DNA of 64,000 nucleotides from a virus: the IMG/VR virus record IMGVR_UViG_3300013137_001826, positions 4,668-68,667 of that record; one strand, given 5' to 3'. Of the stretch, positions 19,335 through 30,030 are shown piece after piece. The position numbers and the translations under genes are program-made. The stretch's first letter is position 1, and each line of letters starts with the position of its first letter. The notes under the pieces are model-generated. The model ran no database searches, was not told where the DNA came from, and saw only the letters and a program-made list of their open reading frames with translations.

Positions 19335-20108
19335 TTAAGCGACTCCTTCTCTCAGGTAATCGTAGAACCATTCCTCTCCATTTTCCTTGAACTTTTGAAC
19401 CCTGGCGAGGACTTCTTGTAAATTGGAATCAATTGATTGCAATTTTTCCAATTCGTTAGTAAGAAAGGTCCTTATTTTTTCAGCTTCTTCCCTAAGCTCC
19501 TGTACTTCATAAGGCTCATCAATCATACCGGACTTGACAAGTTCCTCATAATTTTCGTCGTCAGATAATTCAACGAAACCTTCGTAACTGTCTTCTTCCT
19601 TCGCCGATTCTTTTATTCCTTCGTAATCGTAAGTCATATCCTCGATGCGGTTATGGCAATCGTCATCAGTAGCTACTGGCACGACAACTAACCACCCTCC
19701 ATTCTTTCCTCCGAAACCAACGTCCTTCACCCAACCGTAATCTATTCCGTCAGTTAAAGCTTCCCGTTGATCGTTTAGAAACCGATACCACCAATTGTAC
19801 AATTCATCATCGCTGAGATTGGAGTAGTTCATTGCTTCTTCGGCTTTCTTCTTGTCTGGCCAGATGTTGTAGACTTTGATGTTCATTACGAAATGACCGG
19901 AAGGAAAATCCCGACCTTCTCTTCCCCAATTGTACTTATTTTTAAGCTCTATCCACTTTCTATCAACTGACTTAATGAGTTCAAGTATTCCGTGCTCGAA
20001 TGGAAAATCGTTGAATAGCCCTTGATACGGATCGCCCCATGTCAAAGTATCATCGAATCGTCTACTTTCGTTGATGAAATTAGAAAAATTGAGTACGATT
20101 TCGTTCAT
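19335..20108 (-). CDS. Hypothetical acidic protein (possible internal head protein)
   Basis: 257 aa; VLNFSNFINES. Confidence 0.65.
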   Translation of the reverse strand: MNEIVLNFSNFINESRRFDDTLTWGDPYQGLFNDFPFEHGILELIKSVDRKWIELKNKYNWGREGRDFPSGHFVMNIKVYNIWPDKKKAEEAMNYSNLSDDELYNWWYRFLNDQREALTDGIDYGWVKDVGFGGKNGGWLVVVPVATDDDCHNRIEDMTYDYEGIKESAKEEDSYEGFVELSDDENYEELVKSGMIDEPYEVQELREEAEKIRTFLTNELEKLQSIDSNLQEVLARVQKFKENGEEWFYDYLREGVA

Positions 20109-20482
20109 TATCCGTGCTTGCTTATTTCGATTGCTCGCAGTTGGGCCAAAGCTTTTTCTTTGGTAGGATGCGTTCCCAACGTTTTCTTTCCCTTTTTGTC
20201 AAGAACCACCCATTTGTTTCCACGCTTACGTATCATTTCGTTGAGAACGAAATTATCGAAAGATTCGACGATCTGCTGTGCAGGAACGGCTTGGGTCTGT
20301 TGAACTGGTTGAACCGGCGCAGCGATTTGAGAAGGCGGCTGCGTACGTTTCAATAGGTCGGAAACCTTGCTACGTATGAGATCCAATTTTTGTATCTCCT
20401 CCTTGGTGAACTGATTTTCGTTCAAATCTTCTTCTACCAACGAAACGTAGGCTAAGAAGGAATCAAGTTGAGTATTGTCCAT
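20108..20482 (-). CDS. Hypothetical protein
   Basis: 124 aa; VESFDNFVLNE followed by a small basic domain. Confidence 0.65.
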   Translation of the reverse strand: MDNTQLDSFLAYVSLVEEDLNENQFTKEEIQKLDLIRSKVSDLLKRTQPPSQIAAPVQPVQQTQAVPAQQIVESFDNFVLNEMIRKRGNKWVVLDKKGKKTLGTHPTKEKALAQLRAIEISKHG

Positions 20483-20485
20483 TTA

Positions 20486-21085
20486 TCATATCGATATTTT
20501 TGATGCTATCACTATTCCCAAAATAAGCTTGGTGTAAATCAACTGGAACTGGTAATAGGTGAGAATTATCTGGTACTCTTCCCTGTCCAAACCGACCAGA
20601 CCTTTTCCGATTGCTAGCTTGACCAACTTATTGATGACTGTTATCAGCTGTTCCTGATTTTTGACCAGGCCTGCAAGGATTTCGCCAGAAGTGGAGTAAC
20701 TCAACCTGGTACGATTGTCCTGAATCTTCGACGACCAATCTTCAGCAAAATTCACTCCGTCCCTCTTCGCCAGAAGGTCTGGCGCATTTATTGCATCGTC
20801 AATGATCTTAGTTGCATGATTAAGGTCGGTTATCTTTTCGGCGATTTCGTTCAACCAATTAAGTTCCTGTTCAAAAATCATGATGGTCATTGAACTTTGA
20901 CCGGCTTCGTAAACGAATTTCAGCAATTTCGGATCGATTGGAGTCTTCCGGTAATCGGAATCGTCCATTCCCATAGGATTGAACACTTCTCCTGCTTCAA
21001 CCTGGAACTCGTTGAATGGAAAATTCTCGAGAAACGGGTACTTCCTTTGCACTACGTACGCCTGTTTACTAACAGAACTGATCAT
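20486..21085 (-). CDS. Hypothetical protein
   Basis: 199 aa; TAAATAAATA upstream. Confidence 0.65.
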   Translation of the reverse strand: MISSVSKQAYVVQRKYPFLENFPFNEFQVEAGEVFNPMGMDDSDYRKTPIDPKLLKFVYEAGQSSMTIMIFEQELNWLNEIAEKITDLNHATKIIDDAINAPDLLAKRDGVNFAEDWSSKIQDNRTRLSYSTSGEILAGLVKNQEQLITVINKLVKLAIGKGLVGLDREEYQIILTYYQFQLIYTKLILGIVIASKISI

Positions 21086-21156
21086 TTGGTCAGTCTTTTT
21101 TCTTTATTTATTTAGTACATTAAAACTTAAATTGGGTTCACCTATACAATACCAGC

Positions 21157-22785
21157 ATGAATCAAACATTAGAACAACGAATAAAGTCATTGGATCTTAA
21201 GCAGAATGCTATTAAGATCCTTATCAATTCTTTCTATGGTGCGTTTGGAAATCGCTATTTTTACTTCCACAATAATGATATTGCTCAGTCCATCACCCTA
21301 CAGGGTCAGGACCTCATCAAGTTCTCGATCAAGGCAATAAACCACTACTTCATGAACATGTGGCACCTTGATACCGAACTTCACGAGAAGCTCGGTATCT
21401 TGGGAAGACCGATTTCGAAGATCGAAAAGGAAGCAGCAATTTACACCGACACCGATTCCATTTATTCCTGCATTGAGTACGCAATCAATTCAATTCAGAG
21501 AGATCTAAACTTGACCGATCAAGAAGCTTTGCAGTTCTGCTTGGACGTCAATGCTTACAGACTTCACGAGTACTTCGAACGCTGTTTCGAAAAGTACGCT
21601 CAGCATTTCAACACGAAAAATCACCAGAACTTCGAGCTCGAAAACATATCTCGCGCAGGAATTTGGGTAGCAAAGAAAAAGTACATTCTTGAGGTTGCTT
21701 CCAAAGGAACCAAGCTTCTTCCGAAACCGTACCTCATGATCAAGGGTCTCGAAGCTATTCAATCCTCGTATCCTATCTGGGCTCGCCAGAACTTGCAAAA
21801 AATTTACTGGATCCTCCTGGCAAAAGGTTACGATCTCGATTTCGAAAACGATCTCATTCCGGTGATGAAAGCAATGAAAGCCGAAATGGAACAGATGCTC
21901 ATCGACGAAATAGCATTCAATTTTTCCGTAAGAGTTTACGAGGAACACCTCAGAAGCTTGCTTCCATTGGTGATGGAAAAAGGAATGCCGATTTACGGCA
22001 GAGCTTCAGCTTATCACAATCACGTGATTCAAAAGACAAACAATCAGAAGTATCCGTTGATTCGTAGCGGTTCCAAGATCAAATTCTACTACGCTGCGAA
22101 TAACGAATACGATTTCGACGTTTTCGCCTATGCACCAGGAGCTTTTCCGGAATTCGCAATGCCTATCGATCGCGAGCAGCAATTCTTCCGTCTCATAGTC
22201 GAACCCATAAACAAGCTTCTCTTAGCCATGGGATTCAGCAAATTGAATTCGAAGTTAATTCGTCATATCGAGATAATAAAACCCAGGAGCAGAACGAAAG
22301 CTTTCACTAACGACGAAACGTATCCACTGTACACGGTGCATTCGGAAACTCTCGATTTCACTCCTATTCCGGAAAGTGTTCAGCATTTCGTTGGAAATCC
22401 GGACGTAACCATACCGCCAGATCTGTTTCCGATATTCATTTCGTCGATCACGACGTACGGTCTTTCGACAGTTATCGTTTCAAAGCACGAATTGCAAAAG
22501 TACCGTGAACGTATAGCGAAGAAAAAAGGAATAACGATTACCGATCCTTTTGAAACTCCGTACGATGAGATGGTGATAGTTCTCGAACAGAACGGTTGGG
22601 AAAAATCCTGGGGAGACGATAACTGGGTAAAATCGAAAGCTAAGAATAAGGAAGCTAACACAGGTATATCGACGAAAGCTGCGTATTTAAGGGTCATGAA
22701 GATCTTACAGAAGAAAATGGTCACTCCGTACACAGCAGAAGAATTAGCGGAACACGAAGAAGAATTAAGAAGAGGTATTGAATAA
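21157..22785 (+). CDS. Family B DNA polymerase, C-terminal subunit of a split gp43
   Basis: Starts at the fingers motif KILINSFYG; YTDTDS; KKKY; KGLE; no exonuclease or motif A. Confidence 0.85.
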   Translation: MNQTLEQRIKSLDLKQNAIKILINSFYGAFGNRYFYFHNNDIAQSITLQGQDLIKFSIKAINHYFMNMWHLDTELHEKLGILGRPISKIEKEAAIYTDTDSIYSCIEYAINSIQRDLNLTDQEALQFCLDVNAYRLHEYFERCFEKYAQHFNTKNHQNFELENISRAGIWVAKKKYILEVASKGTKLLPKPYLMIKGLEAIQSSYPIWARQNLQKIYWILLAKGYDLDFENDLIPVMKAMKAEMEQMLIDEIAFNFSVRVYEEHLRSLLPLVMEKGMPIYGRASAYHNHVIQKTNNQKYPLIRSGSKIKFYYAANNEYDFDVFAYAPGAFPEFAMPIDREQQFFRLIVEPINKLLLAMGFSKLNSKLIRHIEIIKPRSRTKAFTNDETYPLYTVHSETLDFTPIPESVQHFVGNPDVTIPPDLFPIFISSITTYGLSTVIVSKHELQKYRERIAKKKGITITDPFETPYDEMVIVLEQNGWEKSWGDDNWVKSKAKNKEANTGISTKAAYLRVMKILQKKMVTPYTAEELAEHEEELRRGIE

Positions 22786-23906
22786 TGCAAAGGGAAGAGG
22801 TAGTACAATTCATTCGAGTCGTTCTCACCAAAAGATTTCACGATAATTTCGAGAAGCAAAAAATAGATGACTCCAACGATCGCAAGCTTAATTTTGCTTG
22901 TCCGATCTGTGGAGACTCGCACAAAAAGGCTTCTAAGAAAAGGGGCAACCTCTATTTCGATACGGAAGCTTACAAGTGCTTTAATGACGGTTGCATGGCA
23001 TACATGTCCCTTGGTGAGTTCGTTGCCAAGATGAGTCGCGAGCTTGGAATAATGCTTCCGAGCTTCGTAGCCGAAATGGAATACAAACCGATCAGGATAA
23101 AAAGGACGGAGAAGCCATTCCTTCGATTCATGACGTCGGACACCAGCGAGTTAATCACGATACCTGAGGTCATCAATCGTTTCAGCCTAGTACGACTCGA
23201 TCAAACCGAAAATCATCCGAATGCAGTATCGTACGTGAAGGGAAGGAACCTTCACCTCATAGAGGATTACGGTGACTTCCTGTACACGGACAACTCCGAC
23301 AATAAGATACTTATCTTCAACTTTGACCGGCGATCTGGGAAGATCCTGGGATTCTCAATGAGGAGCCTCGATCCAAAGGCTGAACGCAAGTACATTATCA
23401 AATCGTACACGGACCTGGCAAGCATATTCATACAGAGGGAAATCGACCACGATCTAGTGGAAGATGCGAATTACCTCAACAATTACTTCAACATTCTCAA
23501 TGTAGATTTTGCAAAACCGATCTGTTTGACCGAGGGGCAGTTCGATTCGATGTTCGTCAGGAACTGCATAGCTACGACTGGAGTGACGAAAGCAAGAAGC
23601 ATACTTCCTTCTCTTGGAGCGAAGGCAGGTCTCAGGATACTGTTCGATAAGGATAAGGGCGGAAAGGACGAGATGATGAACCTAATAAAGCAAGGTTACT
23701 CGGTTCTGTTATGGAATAAGATACTATCCTACCTTAAGAAGATGTGCCAGACCGACTCGGATCTCATTCAGATAACTTCGATCAAGGACATCAACGATCT
23801 GTTCAATTTCATCAGGGCAAGAAGGCCAAACTTCACGATAGCGGAATTCAACGACTGGCTAGAACATTACTTCAGCGACAGTCCATTCGACATCGCATAC
23901 CTTTAA
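22785..23906 (+). CDS. DNA primase (gp61-like)
   Basis: CPICGDS...RG..Y...CFNDGC zinc finger; TEGQFDS; FDKD TOPRIM. Confidence 0.9.
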   Translation: MQREEVVQFIRVVLTKRFHDNFEKQKIDDSNDRKLNFACPICGDSHKKASKKRGNLYFDTEAYKCFNDGCMAYMSLGEFVAKMSRELGIMLPSFVAEMEYKPIRIKRTEKPFLRFMTSDTSELITIPEVINRFSLVRLDQTENHPNAVSYVKGRNLHLIEDYGDFLYTDNSDNKILIFNFDRRSGKILGFSMRSLDPKAERKYIIKSYTDLASIFIQREIDHDLVEDANYLNNYFNILNVDFAKPICLTEGQFDSMFVRNCIATTGVTKARSILPSLGAKAGLRILFDKDKGGKDEMMNLIKQGYSVLLWNKILSYLKKMCQTDSDLIQITSIKDINDLFNFIRARRPNFTIAEFNDWLEHYFSDSPFDIAYL

Positions 23907-23954
23907 GAATTGACACGAACCAATTGGATAAATAATTCCAAATAATAGGTTCGA

Positions 23955-24656
23955 ATGCCAGCTAAAATACTTTTCCGGGAGAATATTACGTCTGAAGTTA
24001 TCAGATTATACGTAGATGAATTTTTTAATTGTTGTCAAATAGCTCGAAATTTGCATTTGAAACCCCATCAAGTTACTACCATATTAAAACGTAATGAAAT
24101 AGCAATTGAAAAAATTGAAAAAAAGTCCAACCGAAAATATCGTAATCTAACGGACTCTACAAAAGATAAAATATCTAAAAGTTTACTCGGAAAACCTAGT
24201 GGCAGGTTAGGTAAAAGTATGTCACTTAGACATAAATATAATAATATCAAGTCTCAATTGAGAATGCCAACGCTAAAATTGGAACAGTATTCAAATTATG
24301 ATAAACTTAGATTTATTTTTCAATGGATTTGCCCATTACGAACTAGTAAAACTAACGATGAAAATTACGATTATGGGCAATCATATATTGAAAAGTTTAT
24401 AGAAAAATTCTACAATGATGAGTATTTCAATGAATTATATGATTCTTGGGTAAACACTAATAACAATAAGTTAATACGCCCAACCATAGACCATATAATT
24501 CCTAGAGCTAGAGGCGGAACTAATCATTTAGATAATCTACAGATTTTATCGTGGTTTGAAAATAGAGCCAAGGGAGATATGACCGAAGAGGAATGGAAAC
24601 TCTTTAAGATAAATCATAATATCACGTGCGATCTTTTTAGACTTTCTGATAAATAG
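23955..24656 (+). mobile_element. HNH homing endonuclease
   Basis: IDHIIPRARGGTNHLDNLQIL...EN; NUMOD3-like segment; AT-rich. Confidence 0.85.
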
Positions 24657-24660
24657 TATT

Positions 24661-25173
24661 GTGCACACACCTAAAACTAATACGATCAAAGATTTTCTAA
24701 AACCTAGAAATGGCTTGCGCCTTCCTAGACAGGGTTATTATAAGCCAATTTATCCAGAAAAATATATAGGACGTTTAGATCAAATTATTTTTCGAAGTTC
24801 TTGGGAATTTCGATTCTTGAAATGGTGTGATTTGAATCCACAGATCAAAAATTATGCTAGTGAACCGATTCCAATTCCATTTTTTAATCCGCTAGACAAA
24901 AGAGTTCATAAATATTATGTAGATTTCTACGTTAAGATAATTGGGCAAGACGGAAAGGAAAGTGAATACTTATTAGAGGTGAAGCCCAATAAGTACATAA
25001 CTCCCCCGAAAGCTCCAGAACGAATGACGGACAAGCAGACCGCAAATTACGTTTGGGCTGCAAAACAGTACATAGTGAATCAGGCGAAATTCGAAGCTGC
25101 CAAAGCGTTTGCTGAGCAAAAGGGAGTTAAATTCGGGATCATTACTGAAAACTTTCTGTTCAAATCCATATAA
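24661..25173 (+). CDS. Head completion nuclease (gp4-like)
   Basis: PEKYIG...IIFRSSWE...WCD...ASE...YYVDF...EVKP. Confidence 0.9.
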   Translation: MHTPKTNTIKDFLKPRNGLRLPRQGYYKPIYPEKYIGRLDQIIFRSSWEFRFLKWCDLNPQIKNYASEPIPIPFFNPLDKRVHKYYVDFYVKIIGQDGKESEYLLEVKPNKYITPPKAPERMTDKQTANYVWAAKQYIVNQAKFEAAKAFAEQKGVKFGIITENFLFKSI

Positions 25174-25181
25174 AAGAAGTA

Positions 25182-25841
25182 ATGAAACTTAAAGTCATAA
25201 AAGAGTTCACAGATACCGGCGAAATCGCACCGTTTCCAGAAGAGGGAACAGCGTACTATTTCGATAACGATAGGGTGCAAATCAATTACGCTAGGCTAAT
25301 TCCAGGATACTTTTACACGTTCGTTTCGGTTTCGTCATTCTCGGAGGACGATCTTCCGAGTCTTGACGAGTACCAAGTTGGACTGCTTGATGGAAGGAAG
25401 CCGAAAAAACCGTACTTCGATAGAAGGCCGATCATTCTGTCGCTTGGACAGGAGGGGCCAATGGAAGTCGGGTTGAACGTCAAGCTAATGCCGTTTAACT
25501 TAAGGAGATGGTTTCTTCAGAAGTATTTGAAGCACATATTTCCGACGATGCTAAAGCTCGTGGATAGCACTGGCGATCTGGCGCATGTGAACAACCGTAT
25601 AAGAATGCAAGAATCTGCACCCTTGCATTCCATCAATCGACAATTCGTAAAGACTGCTTCCGAACAAACGGGTCTTAAATTAGAATTCCTGGTTGATAAA
25701 TATACAAGAGGTGAGATGGGGAATCCATTAGCTCTAATCGATTGGGACCAAATTATTAAAATGGGTCGATGCAATTACATGCACGATAAATCAATCGCTT
25801 CTAAAACTCCAATCTTCTACTTCTTGACAAAATTTACATGA
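25182..25841 (+). CDS. DNA end protector protein (gp2-like)
   Basis: PYFDRRPIIL...GLNVKLMP..LR; adjacent to gp4. Confidence 0.6.
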   Translation: MKLKVIKEFTDTGEIAPFPEEGTAYYFDNDRVQINYARLIPGYFYTFVSVSSFSEDDLPSLDEYQVGLLDGRKPKKPYFDRRPIILSLGQEGPMEVGLNVKLMPFNLRRWFLQKYLKHIFPTMLKLVDSTGDLAHVNNRIRMQESAPLHSINRQFVKTASEQTGLKLEFLVDKYTRGEMGNPLALIDWDQIIKMGRCNYMHDKSIASKTPIFYFLTKFT

Positions 25842-25847
25842 TAATGC

Positions 25848-27542
25848 ATGGCAGGATTTTTAGAAGGTAACCCAATGAAATCGCTCAAGTCCAGGTTAAC
25901 GGAATTGAGCAGGTTCGGCCTTAAATACGATGACCTCCTCATTAAGAACTCTCAGGCGATCGGTTTTATCGAAAGCCAATTGGGAGGATCAGGCGGAGGC
26001 TTCGCAACCGACGATTTAATGAGGGCCACCGTAGCCCTAGCAGATACCACTTCGGCACTGAAGACGAAGGCTATCGCCTTCTTTCAGATGGATTACGTTA
26101 CGAAACGTGAACGTTTGAGGGACATAGCTTCCAGTGGAGAAATCGAGTTCGTTCTCGAAACAATAACAGACGATGCAATCGTTTACGATCCGGACAATCG
26201 CTTCTGTTATGCGAACGACCTTATCGGAGAAATGCAGTACCTCGGAGACAACAAAAAGAACCGTCTCGAGTACCAAGAACGTATCGTCAATGCTTACAAT
26301 ACAGCATTCTCGAAAATTTACAGTCGCTGGGGATTCGATCAAGGAATTTCTGCATGGCAGTACTTCTACCAGTGGTTGATCGAGGGACACCTAACGTTCG
26401 AAATCATTTACGATAACATTCTGAAGCCAACCGAGATCATCGGTTTCAAGGAACTTGACCCGGCAAGCCTCTATCCGGAACTGAAAAAGGATAATGAGGG
26501 CAAGATGGTCCTCATGTGGTCCCAGCGTGATCCTCTTACTAAGCAAATAAGAACATTAGCCGACTCACAGATCATTTACATATCGTACTCGAATCACATG
26601 AGGACGAAACGTGTAAGCTTCGTTGAACGTTTGGTGAGATCTTTCAACATGTTGAGGATCATTGAGCACTCGAAGGTCATTTGGCACACGATGCATGCTC
26701 CAATTCGATTGGTTACTACCGTTCCTATCGGAACCAAGTCAATGCAGAAAGCCAAGGAGGACGTTCGTGAGTTCACGAACACCCTGAAGGAAGATATTTA
26801 CTTCGACGGCGAATCTGGCGAACTGAAAGTCGACGGAAAGCCGAGCATTCTGTTCTACAAGAACTACGTCGTTCCAGTAAATGACCAGCAACAGCAAGTA
26901 AAGATAGAACCTTTGGAATATGTCGGTCCAAACCTGTCCGGTTCAGAACTCTTGAAGTACTTTCATGAAAAACTGAAGATGGACTCGAAAATTCCTAACT
27001 CCAGGTACACTGAGGGGGGCGGAACGTTCACCTTGTCAACGGAAGGTATTTCCAGGGAAGAAATTCGCTACAACAAATTCATTTTGCGTTTGCGTTCAGC
27101 TTACAAGGAGCTCATCACGAAACCTTTGTACTTGCAAATGTGCATGGACGTGAAGGAATTGAGAAATGATCCAAAATTCAAGAACTCTATTGGCGTAACT
27201 TGGTACGATGATAACGTATTCGAGGAAATCAAGAATCAGGATCTCCTGAACAAGAGGATCGCAGCAATCAACGCTCTCAAAGCAATCACTAATGACGAGA
27301 ACAAGTCGTACTTCTCTTCCGACTTCTTGGTAAGGGAATACTTGAAGCTTAGCGATCAGGTAATTCAAAAGAATGCCGATTACTTGGCTAAATCAAAGGG
27401 TAAAACGTCTGAGGGACAACCAGCAGAGGTCGAAGTTCCAGCTGGAGGTCCTCTTCCAACCCCGGCTCCTCCACCGGAAAATCCTGAAGAAGCTGGTGGC
27501 GAAACCAAGAGCGAAATGGGAACTCCAGAAGGAGGTCTCTAA
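25848..27542 (+). CDS. Portal protein (gp20-like)
   Basis: QWLIEGHL, LRIIEHSKVIW...AP.R, YFHEKL...KIPNSR, ISREEIRYNKFILRLR. Confidence 0.9.
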   Translation: MAGFLEGNPMKSLKSRLTELSRFGLKYDDLLIKNSQAIGFIESQLGGSGGGFATDDLMRATVALADTTSALKTKAIAFFQMDYVTKRERLRDIASSGEIEFVLETITDDAIVYDPDNRFCYANDLIGEMQYLGDNKKNRLEYQERIVNAYNTAFSKIYSRWGFDQGISAWQYFYQWLIEGHLTFEIIYDNILKPTEIIGFKELDPASLYPELKKDNEGKMVLMWSQRDPLTKQIRTLADSQIIYISYSNHMRTKRVSFVERLVRSFNMLRIIEHSKVIWHTMHAPIRLVTTVPIGTKSMQKAKEDVREFTNTLKEDIYFDGESGELKVDGKPSILFYKNYVVPVNDQQQQVKIEPLEYVGPNLSGSELLKYFHEKLKMDSKIPNSRYTEGGGTFTLSTEGISREEIRYNKFILRLRSAYKELITKPLYLQMCMDVKELRNDPKFKNSIGVTWYDDNVFEEIKNQDLLNKRIAAINALKAITNDENKSYFSSDFLVREYLKLSDQVIQKNADYLAKSKGKTSEGQPAEVEVPAGGPLPTPAPPPENPEEAGGETKSEMGTPEGGL

Positions 27543-27669
27543 TGGGAGCAAAGAAACAAGGTAAAAAAAGCAGGACGAGATATTCGTTCTGCCATTTTTA
27601 TGAGCACTAACCTTAATAAGTTGGGTAAATTCAAACAGCCGAATCACGTGGTGAAGGCTGATCCGGAGG

Positions 27670-28044
27670 TTAATCCTCGTACAGGGCTGCAAACGACCTC
27701 TTGCCATTGATAGAAATATCCAGGCCCAATCCGACCTTGAACATGTCGGAAACATCGTCCAAATTGAATGCGGTTGGAACTATTTCGTACTGCTTTGCTA
27801 GCATAACGTAGTTCTGTATCTGTTCGGACGCTTCTTTTTCCAATAAGTCTATTGGGTATCCCTCGAATTCGAAAAGGTACTTAGTTGCGTCCAACCCAAA
27901 CATCGGTTCTCCCAAAACTTCTCCCTTTTTCGTCAGGATCGTCATTCGAACTTGCGTAATGGTGTTCTCGATGTCGTTTTTTGACTCGAAAACGTCCGCT
28001 ATGAAGTTCGGATCGGTTGCTTCCCTGAAATAGAAATCTGTCAT
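27670..28044 (-). CDS. Baseplate wedge gp25-like protein
   Basis: ILTKKGEVLGEPMFG...YLFE. Confidence 0.75.
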   Translation of the reverse strand: MTDFYFREATDPNFIADVFESKNDIENTITQVRMTILTKKGEVLGEPMFGLDATKYLFEFEGYPIDLLEKEASEQIQNYVMLAKQYEIVPTAFNLDDVSDMFKVGLGLDISINGKRSFAALYED

Positions 28045-28778
28045 TAGAAGTGGACTAAGTAGAGCCAGTCAGGCGTATTTTCGCCCTTCATCATTTCCAA
28101 AACTGCCGTGAATTCAGCATCAGCCTTGGTGACGAAGGTATTGTAATTAGGTCTGATACCTCCAGGTAGGTTGAAGTCAAAACTAGTGAGCAATTCTCCC
28201 AATCTTACTTTTGCTTTTGCCCTGGTGTACCTCTGGAACATTTCGTCCTCGTAAAGGTACTGCTCGTCGATTTTCTTAGCCACTTGCATGACCATTTTGG
28301 TTGTTGGCGTTCTACCCGTTATGGAAACGCACTTGGTGTTCTTATTGTAATCGAATGCTATCGTATCAAGAATGAAATTCTTCGTGATGTCAAGGAATGA
28401 GAATAGAACCGTACGATACACCAGAGATTCTCCAATGAATGGAGTCAAAAAGACTTCGGATCCGATGAATTTGTTGTCCGCGAAGTCACAGTCAATGGTT
28501 CCGAATATGGAATTTCCCTTAGGTTCCTTTACTTCATAAACGAACTGAACGCAGTCCGGCATTCTGATGGTACGGGACTGTTTGAACCTATCGTTCGAAA
28601 GAAGTTCGTTCGGTATGAGCAAGTATCGAGGCTCTACCGCATGTCTCCAATTATCGTAGAAGTACCGTTCGGCGTTAATAATGACACGTTCTATTTCCGC
28701 ATCCGGGATCGAATACGGCAGAGCCTTTGCCAAGGTAAGTTCGTTCTTGATGTCAATTAAAAGTTCGGCTCTTGTCAT
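28044..28778 (-). CDS. Neck protein (gp13-like)
   Basis: RYTRAKAKVRLG...LPGGIRPN. Confidence 0.7.
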   Translation of the reverse strand: MTRAELLIDIKNELTLAKALPYSIPDAEIERVIINAERYFYDNWRHAVEPRYLLIPNELLSNDRFKQSRTIRMPDCVQFVYEVKEPKGNSIFGTIDCDFADNKFIGSEVFLTPFIGESLVYRTVLFSFLDITKNFILDTIAFDYNKNTKCVSITGRTPTTKMVMQVAKKIDEQYLYEDEMFQRYTRAKAKVRLGELLTSFDFNLPGGIRPNYNTFVTKADAEFTAVLEMMKGENTPDWLYLVHF

Positions 28779-28791
28779 TACGTTAGTATTT

Positions 28792-29256
28792 TTATTCTTC
28801 TGATCCTGGAGCTGCCATTGGCTGCCCTGCTGGGTTTCCGCCTATTCCTGGAGTGTTCTGAGCAGCCTGTGTTGCGGTCGGAGCGGCGGTTGTCGTTTGT
28901 GTAGTAGACTTCGCCTGCTCTGCTGCTAATTGCTGTTCGAACTGATTCTCTTGTAACCGCAGATCGTTGTAATCCTTCTGTGCCTTAGTTAAAGTTTCCA
29001 AAGCTTGCTGGATCTTCGGCTTCAGAGCGTTCAACTGAGTTACGATAGCATTCACATCCTCATTTATAGGATTTTCGACAGTTGCCGAATAGTCGGGCTT
29101 GTTTGTGGTTAGAGTAGTTAAATCCGCTCTTTTGACCTGGTCCACGAACTTTTCCTTCTTCTGTGGGTCGACGTTATCGCCTTTCAGAGCAGTTTTTGGA
29201 TCCTGCAAGGTGTCTGTTTTTGCGAACTGGTCGAAATTCATTACTTTATCTGACAT
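28792..29256 (-). CDS. Hypothetical protein (possible internal head protein)
   Basis: 154 aa; KVMNFDQF; coiled coil. Confidence 0.65.
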   Translation of the reverse strand: MSDKVMNFDQFAKTDTLQDPKTALKGDNVDPQKKEKFVDQVKRADLTTLTTNKPDYSATVENPINEDVNAIVTQLNALKPKIQQALETLTKAQKDYNDLRLQENQFEQQLAAEQAKSTTQTTTAAPTATQAAQNTPGIGGNPAGQPMAAPGSEE

Positions 29257-29274
29257 GTGATTCGATACTTTTTG

Positions 29275-30024
29275 TTATTTATTTGATCCTCCTTCTAGGT
29301 ACTCAGCGAAAGATTTAACGTGCTTCTTTTTGGTCAATTCTCCAGGGTTCCGTCTGAACTGGGTCACGTTATTTGCAGGATTCAAATCCCATCTGGAATA
29401 AGGAGCAGAATTCGTCCATTGAGTAGGAATCGCTCCGAGATTGGTGCTTATTGGAGTTGGAGAAACGTTAGGGTCGGTTTCCTGATTGAACGAATCGGCT
29501 GGGATAGAATAGGTTCCGCTCGCTTCTTCGTTCACTATTTTCCATAGTTTTTCCTTGTCCACTTGTCTTGGCAATGCCGCAAAGAATTTTTCCTTGTCCA
29601 TGTTCTTAATAAATTTTCGCATGTCGGTACCAGATACACCCTCAGGTCTCTTAGTAGTAATGCGGTTGATTTTCCCTATTCCCCCAGAAAAACGTTCGAC
29701 AGTATCGAACCTGTTCATATCAGAGTCAAGAGAATATATGTTGAGCGTGACGTCCCGGGCGTCCTTGCTTTTTCCCAACAGGTCGATGAATTCGTAGGCT
29801 GTTTTTACTGGAGAACCTTCGGCCAGGTTGATCTTCACAGATTTATCGTCCTTGAAGTACTCCTTTAGGATCTGCACGGCCATCGCTCCAGTCACGCCGT
29901 CCATTTCGATAGGAGAAACGAAGACCTGAGTCTCGTCGTTCTGCTTAGCTATCTTTTTGATGGCTTCGTAATGACCGACATGAGGTGGCTTGAACTTGCC
30001 AGTGATGATCCCGACCTTCTTCAT
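29275..30024 (-). CDS. Cytidylyl/adenylyltransferase-like protein (HxGH)
   Basis: GKFKPPHVGH; VSGTDMR. Confidence 0.85.
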   Translation of the reverse strand: MKKVGIITGKFKPPHVGHYEAIKKIAKQNDETQVFVSPIEMDGVTGAMAVQILKEYFKDDKSVKINLAEGSPVKTAYEFIDLLGKSKDARDVTLNIYSLDSDMNRFDTVERFSGGIGKINRITTKRPEGVSGTDMRKFIKNMDKEKFFAALPRQVDKEKLWKIVNEEASGTYSIPADSFNQETDPNVSPTPISTNLGAIPTQWTNSAPYSRWDLNPANNVTQFRRNPGELTKKKHVKSFAEYLEGGSNK

Positions 30025-30030
30025 TCGCAG

